The notes under the pieces were generated by a model. The model ran no database searches and was not told the origin of the DNA. It was given only the letters and a program-made list of their open reading frames with translations. A program made the position numbers and the translations under genes. Positions 11,533-24,965 of a stretch of 64,000 bases of DNA are shown in pieces. The first letter of the stretch is position 1. Every line of letters starts with the position of its first letter. Source of the stretch: Blasia pusilla (Eukaryota); assembly GCA_050084515.1 (NCBI GenBank), contig CM114271.1, forward strand, positions 13,764,001 through 13,828,000, given 5' to 3'.

Positions 11533-14247
11533 AAAACTACCCTAGTGGATATTTGAAACGTCTACCATCTAAGATTAAAGGAAAAAATTACGTGATTATT
11601 AAAATGTTGAGGGCTTAGATTGGAAAGGATTTAGAGGCCACTCCAACCTTTCTAAAAATCTTTCCTAAAGTGTTTGTGTAGCTTTATAGGATCTTTTTAG
11701 GGATAATAATCTAAATGTAGTAATAAGGGTCTTGAATGCTTTATGTATGTCTATAAGGCAATTAGGGTTGTAAGGATGAAAATGCCCTTTGTGCACATTT
11801 TGGAAGGGAATTTTTTTCAAGTGGTCATTTGAAATCTATTGTTGTGGATTTGATTGGGAGTTTTGAAATAATATTTTTAGTCATTTAAGCTCATTGCCTC
11901 AGATCGTTAGAAACCACTCCATAATATCTTAGAAAAAACGATTTATTACCTCACATGCGTGATGATGAGTCATAAGTCCTTCATTTCATATAATGCGGCA
12001 CAAAATAAATTCCCTATAACATAAATCATTGGTAAACTACAAATCACACAGAGAGAGGAATGGGTAAGCCATTAAGATCTGAGAGAGAGAGAGTTCTGAC
12101 TAGCGTATGCTTATTCCTTATGCGGATCGATTATGGCCACGATCGAATAAAATTTTTTTGGAATTTGTGGACTATGGTAAGTTGGAGCCCATGCTTACAA
12201 GGTAAGTTCTCTAAATTGATTGCTTTAGCTAACAGTGTTAGGGTACAATGCGTCAGTACTCCTATTTCTTAGAGAGCTTTCTCTATGTAGAATATAATAA
12301 AGATTTAATGTCATAATAGATTAATGACAAAACATTTGGATGTTGTTCTTGGGATTTCCTTAGAGGGAAAAGTAGTTGATGGCAAGAATATATTGGTTGA
12401 ATTATTAGTTCTTTAAAAAAAATCACACTTTAGATCCATGTTTGCCAATCTTGAGAGATGTGTTTGTGATTAAGATACTCCAAAAGATGTACAAAATTCT
12501 CCAAGAGCATTAGTTCTAGATTTATAAGGTAGGTAGGGAGGATGGGGTGAAGGGTTCCTTTTCTAATATATTGAAGCTCTTTTTTAAAAGGCTTTAATGT
12601 GTTGTGAAGGGGAAGGATCCTTTGCTCCCAATTGAAGGGAGGCTTGACGAGGTTCAATTCCTACCAAAGATGCAAATGTGGGAGTTAGCAAATGGGTGAG
12701 GGGGAGAGATGTAAATGTTGGTGTTCCTTTGCTTTCAAGTGGTGGAAAGCCTGACAACGTTCAAAGGATGTGTTGAAGAAAAACTAAGAGTAAGAGGAAA
12801 TGTGGAAAAGGGAGTGAAGTGGCACGAAGACTACGAAGAGTCACATAGTTCAACTCTTCACTCCCTCTCAACTCTCTTTGTGAAAACTTGCAATGGTAGT
12901 CCAAAGGAAGCCGGATTTTTTTTTTAGTTGGTTAGATTTCTAGGCCACCAAAAAATTTCCGAGCAACCATTCAATTTATGAGAAATGCACCGTTAAAAAA
13001 ATTTTAATTCAAAAAGTAATTGGAAAATAAAATTTTTCCCAAAATTTTCCCAAGGTGTCTCTTTCAACTGGTAAATTTTTTTATAACCAACAAGATAACC
13101 AATACATATGCCAACAATTTTCTGATAGTTTTACATGAAAAAACTACCTAGAATATAACAACCTCCTCTGAGTGCAAATCCCCATGGAAATGTTCCACGG
13201 GTCCAAGCCCAATCAAGCAACCTTGTTTGAGGCTATTTGACCCGCGATTTCCTTTTTAGCCTACAATTTTCTTTTTTGATCTTGCTCCAAACCTCTACCA
13301 CCCAAGTATTATCCTTGGGTGTTCAACGGCACGATTTTTATAAAAATGACGAAGGACCAAAAACCTATCCTCGATCTCAAACCAATGTGCGGGCCTTTGA
13401 GAGGGGTGGGGGGGGGGGAGAAACTAATTACTACACACGCATGATGGACACATGGATAGCCTAGCTAATGAGGTAAAAAAATGAGTATATATAAGGGCCA
13501 TAATAATCTTAACCGTTCATCTTCCAAAATCAAGTAATTGTAACGGCCACAACTTAAGGCCCGTACTTTGCGGTTCCCTCCCAAGTGCGTGCAAAACATA
13601 ATATTTTATGCAATTGCACCACAATGCTCTAGGGGATTCATATTGTGACATGGAGAAATATTATTGCATCAATAACTTCTATGGTTTAGGCTTTCAACAT
13701 GTTAGTTGTCACTATGTATTCACGGTCTTTATGTTTCATTGTCATTTTGTGTTGTGCGGATTCTCATTGATTCGTTCTTGTCTAACCGATGGCGGGAGTT
13801 AGGTTCTTTGTTAAAAAAACTCCCCTTCAGCCTGTCGTTGCAATCTGGATTGGGTTGGCTATTATGGCATTTGTATGTGGTATATTGTATGAACCCTTAG
13901 TGTTTTTTGAGATTGTAGTTCAATGATTGTTCAGTTTGAACGGCCCTCAAAGGATGTTTTCACACTATTGTATTCATCTCCTTCGTAGTAATGTATTGGA
14001 TCGTCCAACCGAAATGTAATTCAAATATTTTCATATTATTGTATTCATCTTTTTTGTAGCGTATTGAATATTAATTGAAATCTACGTAAACTTTCTATTT
14101 TTAATTTTAATGTAATCATAAGTCCTCATCTGTATTATATGCTGGTTTTTTAATAAGACCCCTCTTTTGGGACCGCCACACTACATCTTAGGAATATGCT
14201 AATGTAGGAACCTATGCTGGTTTTTTTAATAAGACCCCTCTTTTGGG

Positions 14248-14740
14248 GTCGATGCGGGCCCAAGTGGTGGCACAAGGGAGATTGCTACAAGGAGCGGTGG
14301 CGGTAAAGAAGACCCACATTTATAGTCGACTTCATGACGGACATCGATTTATCCCCCTAGCCATTGAGATGTACGGGGCCATAGGGGAGAGGTTTGACTC
14401 GCTCCTTACGGATTGCGTCCATAATCTCCAGTCGAGAAATGGGTTGTCCTTAGCCATTGCAATACTTTATTGTAGGCAACAGGTCTCCGTAGCTTTGCAG
14501 CGTGCCCACGCAAACAAGCTTTTACGGCGGGCTCAGGCGGTTGGAGACGCCAATGCTAGAGGCCCGCTTAGTAGTAGCCATAGTTCTATAGGTATTGCTG
14601 ATGGTGGTTAGGGGGGGAGACCCCCTTCTGCCTCTTCGGGGCTGGTTTCGGCCCACGGGTTTCTTGGCTCTCTATGCCCCCCTCTTTTGTATTACTATGG
14701 GTTTTCCATCCCAGTTTCTATTAAAATTTATATTCCTCCC
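14248..14740 (+). mobile_element. 5'-truncated non-LTR retrotransposon 3' end with restriction-like endonuclease C-terminus (CRE-like)
   Basis: FIPLAIEMYGAIG...RQQVSVALQRAHA. Second copy at ~24460-24965. Confidence 0.65.
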
Positions 14741-16369
14741 TTTTGGGACCGCCACACTACATCTTAGGAATATGCTAATGTAGGAACGTAAAATGTAGAC
14801 TAGACGGCAAGGGTGCCTACTCCTAGTCTTGTGAAACGTAAGCTAGACCTCACGTAATCCTAGCCGTATACGGGTCCAGCGCACGTCTTTCCTGCCCATC
14901 CCAGCCATCTTGCACCCAGGCAGCTTCTCTCGTAACCTGCGAGATTATAGAGGGCTGGATAGGGTCAGGGGCGCCGAGAAGGCGAGAAGACAGAAAGGAC
15001 GTGTGGGGATAACCCCGGACGGACGTGCGTAGATTGTGAGAATTTGAGAATCTACGAGATCGTTGAAAACACGCGTAATCGGTAGTTGAAATCAGATCGA
15101 ATACATTGTCGGTGTATAAACTGTCAGGCACCTACCTAGCAAATTAGCAATGTCCAGAAAGTTCCCGAGTCCCGACGGTCCCGACCCCTGCTCACCGGAA
15201 GGTTAGCATGGCCGTAGGGCGCAAGTCAACCTCTGTAGATCCGACAAACGATTCTGGTCGTCCTTCATTACATTCACGGTCTTCCAGATTTGCCAACTTC
15301 GCGGAGGTCTTTTCCCGATTGGGCAGGTGCAGCTTTCGCTGCGGTGTCGCGATTCGCGGGCTTCGCCAGGGCATCAGCCTTCAGATCCTGTCAGGGAAGT
15401 CTGTCCACATTTGCCCATTCTCGGAGGTTTCTTCCGGACAGGTCCGCCACGTAACATAGGTAGGCCTTGCCCGGTTGTGCGTTCGGTAACTTCGGTTGGA
15501 GAGCGCAAGACTGCAAGCGAGTGCGTACGTGCTTGCGAGCCTCGCGCTAAAATTCCCTCCTCCTCGAGTCCTCCTCGCATCGAGCGTTCGCTGTACGCCT
15601 TTAGAAGTTAGTTAGAACTGCAAACATGATTATGGCCAGGCCGGAGAACGCGGTCACCGCACCAACATCCTTTCAGAACTACAAACATGATCAATTTCAC
15701 GGTACCAAGTTACCGACTGCCGAGCTCTGACGATTGGGTCGCCCCTGGCGATAGTGGATAGTCCCGTCCCTCCTTCCTTCGCTGTCGGCCGGGTCTCGCC
15801 CGCACCCTCGCGCAGACTGAGTTGTCAGTCGAGGAGAGCCAGCGGACCTTCACGATGAAACGGCGCACGCATCGGTGGATAGTGCAGAAGCATCCAAACC
15901 TCGATCTCGTTTCTCCACCGACCAGGATTGGGCTATGAAATCATTATGTCGTCAGAGCTTGCATGTTGTTAGCAGGCTCCCAAGTTGAGGATAATGAGGT
16001 ACATTTTAGCCTACATTTTACGTGGTAGCTGTTAGGAATCTTACTTTCTTGGAAAGGAGACATATTTTGCCCAATGATTATTTTTCATAATTTATTCAAT
16101 CCTGGTATATTACTGGATATATAATACTAGTGTAAGCACGGATTTATATTAGTGTACAAATTCAATTAATTACGTCATACACAAATTAAAATATTCTTTG
16201 TTGTTCTCAAAAATATGTTTTTTTCTGTTGAATAGCTAAGATAAAATAGTGTTTGCAAATTAAAAAATATTTTCTACAATTAACATAGATGATCCCTAAT
16301 GATTTATTCTCTCGATTTTTAAATGTCATTTTAAATTAGTTTTGAATTATCTTCGTGGTTCAAAAAGAG

Positions 16370-19300
16370 TGTATTGCACATACACATCGTTACATTACAT
16401 ACATCATTGTCATTGATTACATACAAGATACTATGTTAATTTATGGGATCCAAAAATCGCAATGATAGAAGACCAAAATATATGTAATGTTTATTACAAA
16501 AGAGAATGAACTCCAAAACTCTTCTTGGATACACCCCCTTCCATCTCCCAAACTCTCTCCATACTAACCTATGCTTGCAGGTCGCCTCCTTGGCTCTTAA
16601 CCTATAGTAGGGAGTCAGAATCCACTTCCCAAAGTGGAGAGTCAACTCTACGCATAATGGTAGTTTGCTTGAAATAGTAAGTTTCTCTATATTGCCAAAA
16701 CAAAAGGGAAACATGCTCTCTTAAGTTACCCGAGGTTTCAACAGGTCATCCTCCACCTCATGAGGTTGTCCTCCAATATCCTCGAAGACGGTCTACTATA
16801 AATTTTTCGATCCATGATAAAAGACATCACACTTGTCGTGCGCATACATATCGCTACACTACATATATCAATATCACTGAATACACATACAAACACACAT
16901 GATACCATACTGATTTATGACATCCAAATATCTAGACAATCGAGGACCAAAATATTTCCAATCGCGTCGTGCGCCTACTCCTCTTGAACGTCAATCTCAA
17001 ATGTTGCGGAAGCGTCCGTTCAGTAGGACACGCTCACACTATTGATTTGCGCCCAAACACACTCACATTAGTAATGTTTGATTCAATCAGCCTTCCAACC
17101 CCTGAGTTCTCAACTCGGTCATTCATCAAGCTCAACCCTGCTAGTTTCTTACTTCCGGAAATAAGAACTCTCGTGCCGCTCCTTTTGGCCCTCAATCCAA
17201 CTCCTTGTACAATAGTTTTCGGAAACTTTCTCAACCTCTACTTATGTGTTTGCGAAGATCTTTGGTGCGTTTGAACTGGATTTTCATAAGATATCCAACG
17301 TCATCTTACATGTCCTAAACGCTAATCCCGTTCCAAGTCCAGTTCTCAACTATACTCGCCTCTACTTAAGTCTCAGTTCACATTTGGTTTAGGTTTCCTT
17401 AGTTGTGACCAGAAAATGAATGAAACGCTCAACCTTCTTTGCATCTCATCTCTTGTGTCTCCTTCAAGAGACCTCTCCAATGTACAACCATCCTAGTGTG
17501 AGCCCACTATATTCTGATGTTCCGATTTGGTACATGTTTAGCTATGTGGGTCGTGACAAATCGCCCCTCTACTTGGTGGCTAGGTCCCTCTAACTCCAAA
17601 TAGCCATCTATCCCTACCTACCATAATACACATCTCTAGGATGCTAAGAGAAAAAAGGTTGGATGCTCATATGGCCCCATCGTTAGTCACCTTCTTGTCA
17701 TCCATGTCACACACACAAGTCTGGATCTATGACTACCTACTATCTACTCTATGTATAATATTTGGAGCACATCTATCGTCCCTAAGGAACCCTAGTAAGA
17801 GGTGGTGGCACCCTCTCGAATATCTTTCACATACTAGCATCGTGACTACACCACGAATAGAACCATACAACATGCAATGTAAGCCTACAACAACCACAAC
17901 TAAGCTTGGATCAATTATATCGTCGATGTTAGGAAGGTGACATGGTGCATAGTTACATACAAGGTCCTTCCAAACCATATCATCGTGTCCCTCCAATAAG
18001 ACAACATCGGATAGCAAGACATCACGCACTCTCAAGATGGTGCGCCCAACAGTCACATCCAACATCGTCTTTCGCAAGTAGACATAATCTTCTTGATGAA
18101 ACCTCTAGATCATTGGTCGATAATCATCTCCTTGAATAGTCATATACCTCAAAGTATCTCGATGATGCGTAATCATCAAGTTCTCAAATGCCATGGGCAT
18201 AACTCTTCGAAACAACTCAGCCCTTTGAGAACATATATGCTTGCATCCATATATCACGGTCGTCGAGGTTCAACACCTCACCAACGTCGCGATGAATGGC
18301 CACATGTAAATCAAGATCTTGACCATAAAGCAATAAGTACGGTGGAAAAGACGCTAAGGATTGATGCTTTCTGTTGAGTCTATATCCCATTGCCAACCGC
18401 GGAAATTGTAGGTGCCAATCTCTTAGGTGACCTCTTTGCAAGCCATACTTATGCAAACCTCTCTTCACTGTGTGCAAAAATCTTTCTGTTAGTCCATCCG
18501 CCTAAAGATAATCTTGTGAAGTGGTGCGGTGGTCAATCAACATCTGATCACACAAGGCTTGAAACTCCGTACCCTCGTCTGTCAACACCTTAGCTTGTGC
18601 GTCATAATGACTCAAAACTCGATCTAGGAAGGCTTATGCTACTCCCTTACTTGCTTTGTCATGAGATGCAACCAACTCTATCCACTTCAAGAAGTGTTCG
18701 ACCATTATCAACATATAACAACTATGACCTCTGTCAAAGATAAAGGTCTTGCAAAATCCAAACTCCATCTATAACCTAAACCCAAGATCGATAGTGGATG
18801 CAACTATGGAGTCGGAACATTGAAGAATGTCTCGACCGGATCACACACCATGCACTTGACAAAAAAATTTTGCACATCAATGTGCATGCCTCGCCATTGA
18901 CATTATATCTGGATTAAGTTGTACATCCAATTCACTCCAAAGTGATCCAACTCCTCGTTGGCATGTGGTATCAAACGTGGTCTCTACAAAGGATGAGGCA
19001 TTACGCGTACTATATCATCCTCCCAAACTTGCAACATATGCGTCCCTCCATAAAAACCGTATGGATCGTTGTAGGGTCCGATCTCACTTTCTAGCACCCA
19101 CTGTGCTCACGATGCTTCCAATACGCAGGTACTCCAAGACCACTCTATCCTCGTGAATATCTCAACCACTTGTTGCTTCCTCACCAACCTCTAGATCTAA
19201 GGGTCCTTGCCATCAAAGTCTCAACACTCTGGCTCTCCATAGCTAACAAGCCCAAATAGGCTCATGCGTACCATCCCAGCACCATCTCGATCCTCATCAC

Positions 19301-20308
19301 TCTCTCCATGCCAACGAGCTCCATTTTCATCTCCCTAACTCGGGCATGAGTTACGTCTCAAACCATCTGCATCCTAGTTGAGCATCCCAAGTTGATGTAC
19401 CACCTCAAAGTCATACTCTTGCAACAATAGAGCCCATCTCACAAACTTCCCTATAAGCTTATCAGACTCCATCAACCGCTTCAGTGGTTGATGATTAGTA
19501 ATGATGGTTAATGGATTTTTGAATAAATAACACGTGAAATGCGTGACAGCCGACATTGCAACCAAACACTTGCTCTCATACGAGTTATACTAAGCCTCTG
19601 CAACGTTATTTGAGCGACTAGTGAAAACCACCACAAACTCTCTACCCTCATCATAATGTTGGGTGAGCATTGCTCCAAGCCCTAACATACTCCAATTTGT
19701 ATGCAATTGGAAAAGACGCCCCCTAATAGATCTCCTTAGTATGGGCGCGTATCCAAATTGTTCTTGAGTAAGTGAAAGGCTCTCTCTTGCTCATCCCCCA
19801 ATGCCACTCGTGATCCACCTTGATCAGAAAGTTTAGTGGCTTCACGATCGTACTAAAACCTTTGACATAGCGTCGATAGAAGTTCTCCAAACCCATGAAT
19901 GCACAAACTTGGCTCATATCTGTATGGCATGGAATCCGTGAGATAGCATCTATCTTCGTCAGGTGAATACCAAGGCCATCTGGGTATTTTGTGTGACCCA
20001 AGTACTCAATCTGGTCATAGAAGAACTTGCACTTTCCTGAGTGTAGCTTTAGCCCATGCAACTGCAAACGTTGAAATACTGATCTTGCAGATGTCGCTCA
20101 TGCTCCTCAACCGTGGCGCTAAAGACTGCGATGGCATCAATATAACACCTAACTAAATCTAGACCTTCCAAGATCCTATTCATGATCTACCAAGATCCAA
20201 TCAATGATCCTAGGCTTATAAAACTCTGTCAGGGCATTCTTTAACCTAAATGGTAAGAACCGCCACTAGTACAAATAATCCTTTTTGTGAGGATTGATGC
20301 CCCAAAAT
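16370..20308 (-). mobile_element. Degenerate family B Gypsy-like element (RT-RNaseH-IN-PHD plus B-A-B 3' end), 5'-truncated
   Basis: ORFs 19723..20067, 19374..19565, 18217..18477 and 17733..18077 are homologous to copy 1. B1 16834-16964, A ~16490-16831, diverged B2 ~16370-16488. Confidence 0.82.
16965..17558 (-). mobile_element. Solo LTR (family D) with 5-bp TSD
   Basis: TSD AATCG at 16960-16964 and 17559-17563. Related to 39444-40302 and 63431-64000. Confidence 0.8.
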
Positions 20309-20470
20309 CACTAGAAGAAATGCATGTTTTTTAATGACTAAACTTTAAATAACTACCTGAAAGAATAAGTTATACTATGATTAAATGATTTAGTCATTGA
20401 TTTTAGGGTTGTGCTATTCATCTAGTCATTTTTATATGATCCAAGCAACTAGCAACATCCTCTAGTCCGA
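20309..20470 (+). mobile_element. Probable CACTA/EnSpm terminus
   Basis: CACTAGAAGAAA starts exactly where the RT is cut off, followed by TGACTAAA/TTTAGTCA subterminal repeats. The other end was not found. Confidence 0.5.
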
Positions 20471-23400
20471 AAAAAGTCTTATCTTCTCACTTGTCCAATA
20501 TTTGTGAGCTATGAATAATGACTTATGTTTCTAATGATTTCATCCTCTAATCATATGATGTTTTCTCATTTATCTTGGGATATAATTTATTTTAGACATT
20601 GCGTTGTAATGAAGCATTCAAGCATTATTTTAGTAAGACTCTAATATTTTCCAACATAAACCGTCAATACGTGGCCATATTAAGATTTGGAAGAATATCC
20701 ACATGGAATTTAATACCACGTCAAATTTCTAATTTTTTTTAAATCATATTTTTTCATTAATAATTAAAATATCAATTTTCCCTTTACAATTCCATTTGGT
20801 GGGAAAACATCAATATTTCTCGTTAAAATTTCACCTTCATCTTAAAGAATACATATGAGAATATTTGTATCATTTTGTTTCTTTAAGCTAGTTTGAGTGA
20901 TGGGCCAATAAATGGGGAAGACCAACAACGATAAGGATAATCGTCCTCAAGTAAACATATCACTAGCATTTTTCTTTGTATTTTCTTCATTTGAAAGCAT
21001 CATTGGTTCCCACCATTGTATTGAGTTAAAACTTGGAAAAATGGATTTTGGTAAGATCCTCTACCACTTCACTACATTAGATCCTCCATTTAGTCTTCTA
21101 TGATAAAATCATAATTAGAAGACCACATTTAGGGTTTACCATTTTTAATTCCTTCCTTGGACGATCATTTCAATATCTTTGTTTTGGCCTTTGATCCTAA
21201 GACCAAATTGCATATTGTGATCAAGTAGCATGATTTATGAATTCTTGGTTGGAGAGAAAGATGAAAAAAAAAACTATGCAAAGAGGAGGAGTAGAATTTT
21301 AAATGGTTATAGCACTTTCATATTCATCTTGAAACAAGACTTTTTTCCACCACTAGATTGAACTAAAAGTTGAAGGACTTGCTGTTGGGAAGACCTTTTC
21401 TCATTTGAACATCTCAAATCTTTTATTTGTTATTCCATGATGAGACTAAATTTAAAGTTTATGATTTTTAATTCCCTCTTTGGATGGTCATTTTGAGCTT
21501 TTATTTTTGGTCTAGTTCTTGATGCCTAAGTACATATTGTGACAAATTTGCATGATTCATGCATTTCTTTTTGGAGAGAAGGTTAAAAAAGAAGAAGAAA
21601 TGGGGGACTTTAAGGGAAAAATTTTTAAGTTCTTTTCATTTTCATCTTGATTCTAAAATTTTAAATTTTAGAATCAAGAAATATTCCCCCATCCACACAC
21701 CAACAATTGAATCCATTTTTCTTATTTAGTGCAAGATTATTTTAAAAAAAGATCCAATGATAAAATTTTCTAAGCATTAGATTATTTTTAGGCTTAGTAT
21801 GATCCAATAAACTATTATATTAGATTATATGAATTATTAAATTATTATCTAATATTATCTAATATTTTAAAATCACTTATTTATTATTCTATACATGGAT
21901 TTTAAGCTCCTTGAGGACTTAAAATAAAAGAACATAAATATAGGAATTATAATCTTGTGTATATAAGTATAGATCAGTCAATTTCTAAGATCTTTATGAA
22001 GGGATTTTCTACATATACGTTTGAGATACTTAGATGTTAGAGATATCAATATGAGCTTGAGGGGGAATATTGAAGATTGAGTTGTAGTCAAGTTTATCGG
22101 ACATCTGAACTATTATATTTTGTACTGACACGAAGTAAAAAAACTCAATCTTGGTTAGTTAATTGAGCACTATTATCTTAACTAGGATGGACATATGTAA
22201 GTCCATCCTCTATTAAGAGAATGGATACTACTGGGAGGGTTGAATTTTATGAAGTTCACCCTAAATATGACGTGGGTCTATTGAAAAATATATTTTTACA
22301 TAGGTGACTCATTTTAGAGTGGAAAAAAACATTTGAGACTCATTAAAAGAGAGGTTAAAGAGCATGGGCATCCCATTAGTTTCCCTAAAGGCCGGATTCC
22401 ATGGATGTAGTAATCTTAAGTGACAAAACATTTTCCAAAGGATATTCAAAAAAATTCCAACATACAATGTTGTTATCCGGCAAAAAATTTGGTAGAAATT
22501 TTTTGCCGGATTTCATTTTCAAGTGCCCTTGGGATTGGCTCTAAAGGGACATTTCAAATTTCAACAAGTCAAGTCATATTGCATACATAGAGTTACTATG
22601 TAACTTTGTCTTACATTAGTAGAACTCACATGAGTGAATGATGTCTTTTGCCTCAACCATTCATTATTTGTAAAAGAAAATTTATGTTTAATTTTCTGGA
22701 TTTTGGAAAATATTTGAGTCTTAGAGGATTTTTCCCTATTATTTGTGATAAAAGCTTCATACTACGACATGTGTTTCAGATTTTATATTTCATGAAAAAA
22801 AAATTAGTAGAGGGGAAGAGTAAAGAACAACTTTTTTTTAATGAACGAAATTTTTACATGAAATATTCTTTAAGGGATTGTACATTCTGTCAAAAAAGGG
22901 AAAATAATTACTTTTCAAATTATGAAGGGAAGAGAGAGAAAGACACATTTTAAACAAAGGGAGGGTTGGATAGTTTTTTAATATAGGAGGTAGAGTAGCG
23001 AAAAAGTTTCCTTTTCAAGTGGGGAGGGTAAGGGAGATACCAATAATCTTTAAACATTGAAGGACTTCAAAAATTTCTAAAATAGAGAACTTTTAATCAA
23101 TAGATGATTGCAAGGAGAGATAAGGTTTAATTTTAAATCATGGAGGGAAACATAAGGGCTTTCTTTCAATAATGAAGGTTTTCTAATTTATCTGCTTAAA
23201 CGTTTAATTTTTAGATGGGTTTGGGGTAAGATATAAAGTTTAATTTTGAGGAGGCATTTTCTTTAACCTTAATTTTAATATGAAATTTCAATTTTCAATA
23301 GATGAAGAGAAGAGAAAATGGAAAAGTTTCAAAAAAGGATCAATTTCATAATGGATTATTTCCTTAATGTTGAATTTCAGTGGGAGGCAAAATGGGAGAT

Positions 23401-24459
23401 AGGAAAGGGGATATGAGATTGGGGAAGAGGAAAAATGAACCAACCTCCAACCCTCTTAGTTCCCCTGAACCCTGAATGGGAAGGTACGGAAGGGTAAAGT
23501 AGGGGAGTAAGTCATCCAAGTGGACAAAGGAATGAAAAGAAATAGAATTTCTACTAAAAGATAAAGAATATCTATGGTTCACTACATCACACAAGGAAGG
23601 AAAAAATGCTCGTTCCAATTAATATGTTAGCTCTTGTGAAATTGGTGAAATGTTGACTTTTCCAATAAATATATAATAAGCATGGATTAACACAAATGGA
23701 TCGTAGATTCGTAATAAACATGGAGATATAAATAGGATTATTTTGGATATCCAAAAAATGTAATTATACAAACATGTAGCCCTAAGGTACATGTGTATTC
23801 ATGTAAGATTTAATCTCGGGTGATCAAGGAGAAGCTCGAGTGTGTCTTATTTGGCTAAATGGCTGAAAACGGTCCATGTAATTTGGATCGGAAGTATTTG
23901 TTCAAAGGATTTACCATAAAAAAATTCATATCTGATAATTTATCCTATTTGAGTCTTAGTGTTGGGACCCATTGGACCTAATGAGGCATCTCATAAGGGC
24001 TTTGGAGTTTGGCCGTTCTCTCTCTTTATTGAAATTTTTTTAAAATTTTAGCAGTGATAACACAAATAGGCATTAATAAAAATTCATTTGAAATAAAAAT
24101 CATTTAAAATTCATCATCAAGAGATATCTCGCCATGGAGAAATTACTCCTTCGTCAAAAGTATAATATATAGATGATGGATGTATTTAGGATTTAATTTT
24201 AGCATGATAACACAAATACTCATTAATAAAAATTGATTTGAAATAAAAATCAAATCAAATTATTTACTTGAAAAAATATTGATGGTAGAAACCAAATATA
24301 TTATTTGTAGAACTCTTTTTTAACCTTACAAACAATCCCAATCTTGTTTTAGTCATCTAGTCTATCCACATGTCCTTTAGTAACTGATTCTCCCCCTCTC
24401 ATAGGCCCTCTCTAAGTCAACTTAGTTGTCCTCCTTTCGCAACTTGGACGGTGCAAGCC

Positions 24460-24965
24460 CAAGCATAAGGGAGATTGCTACAAGGAGCAGCGGCGGCGGT
24501 AAAGAAGACCCACATTTATAGTTGACTTCATGACGGACATCGATTTATCCCCCTAGCCATTGAGATGTACGGGGCGATGGGGGAGAGGTTTGACTCGTTC
24601 CTTACGGATTACGCCCATCATCTCCAATCGAGAAATGGGTTGTCCTTAGCCAATGCGATACTTTATTGTAGGCAACGGGTCTCCATAGCTTTGCAGCGCG
24701 CCCAGGCAAATGGGCTTCTGCGGCGGGCTCAGGCGGTTGGAGACGCCAATGCTAGAGGCCCACTTAGTAGTAGTCATAGTTCTCTAGGTGTTACTGATAT
24801 TGTTTTTGCTGTTGGTGATTTTGGTCATTAGGGGGGAAGGCCCCCTTCTTTCTCCTCGAGGCTGGTTCCGGCCTCTTGAGGTCTATTTTTTGGGTCTCCA
24901 TGCCCCCTCTTTTGTACGGTTATGGGTTTCCCATCCTTTTTCTACATATATATATTTTATTTTCC
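24460..24965 (+). mobile_element. Second CRE-like non-LTR 3' fragment
   Basis: High similarity to 14260-14735. ORF 24565..24831. Confidence 0.65.

Noticed and set aside
21130-21600. Diverged ~140-bp direct repeats (also 24050-24255)
   Set aside because: No constant repeat-spacer periodicity, so not CRISPR-like; ordinary TE-internal duplication.
21645-21679. 16-bp-arm palindrome; a similar one at 22474-22510
   Set aside because: Short palindromes in AT-rich decayed DNA-transposon-like sequence, with no supporting context.
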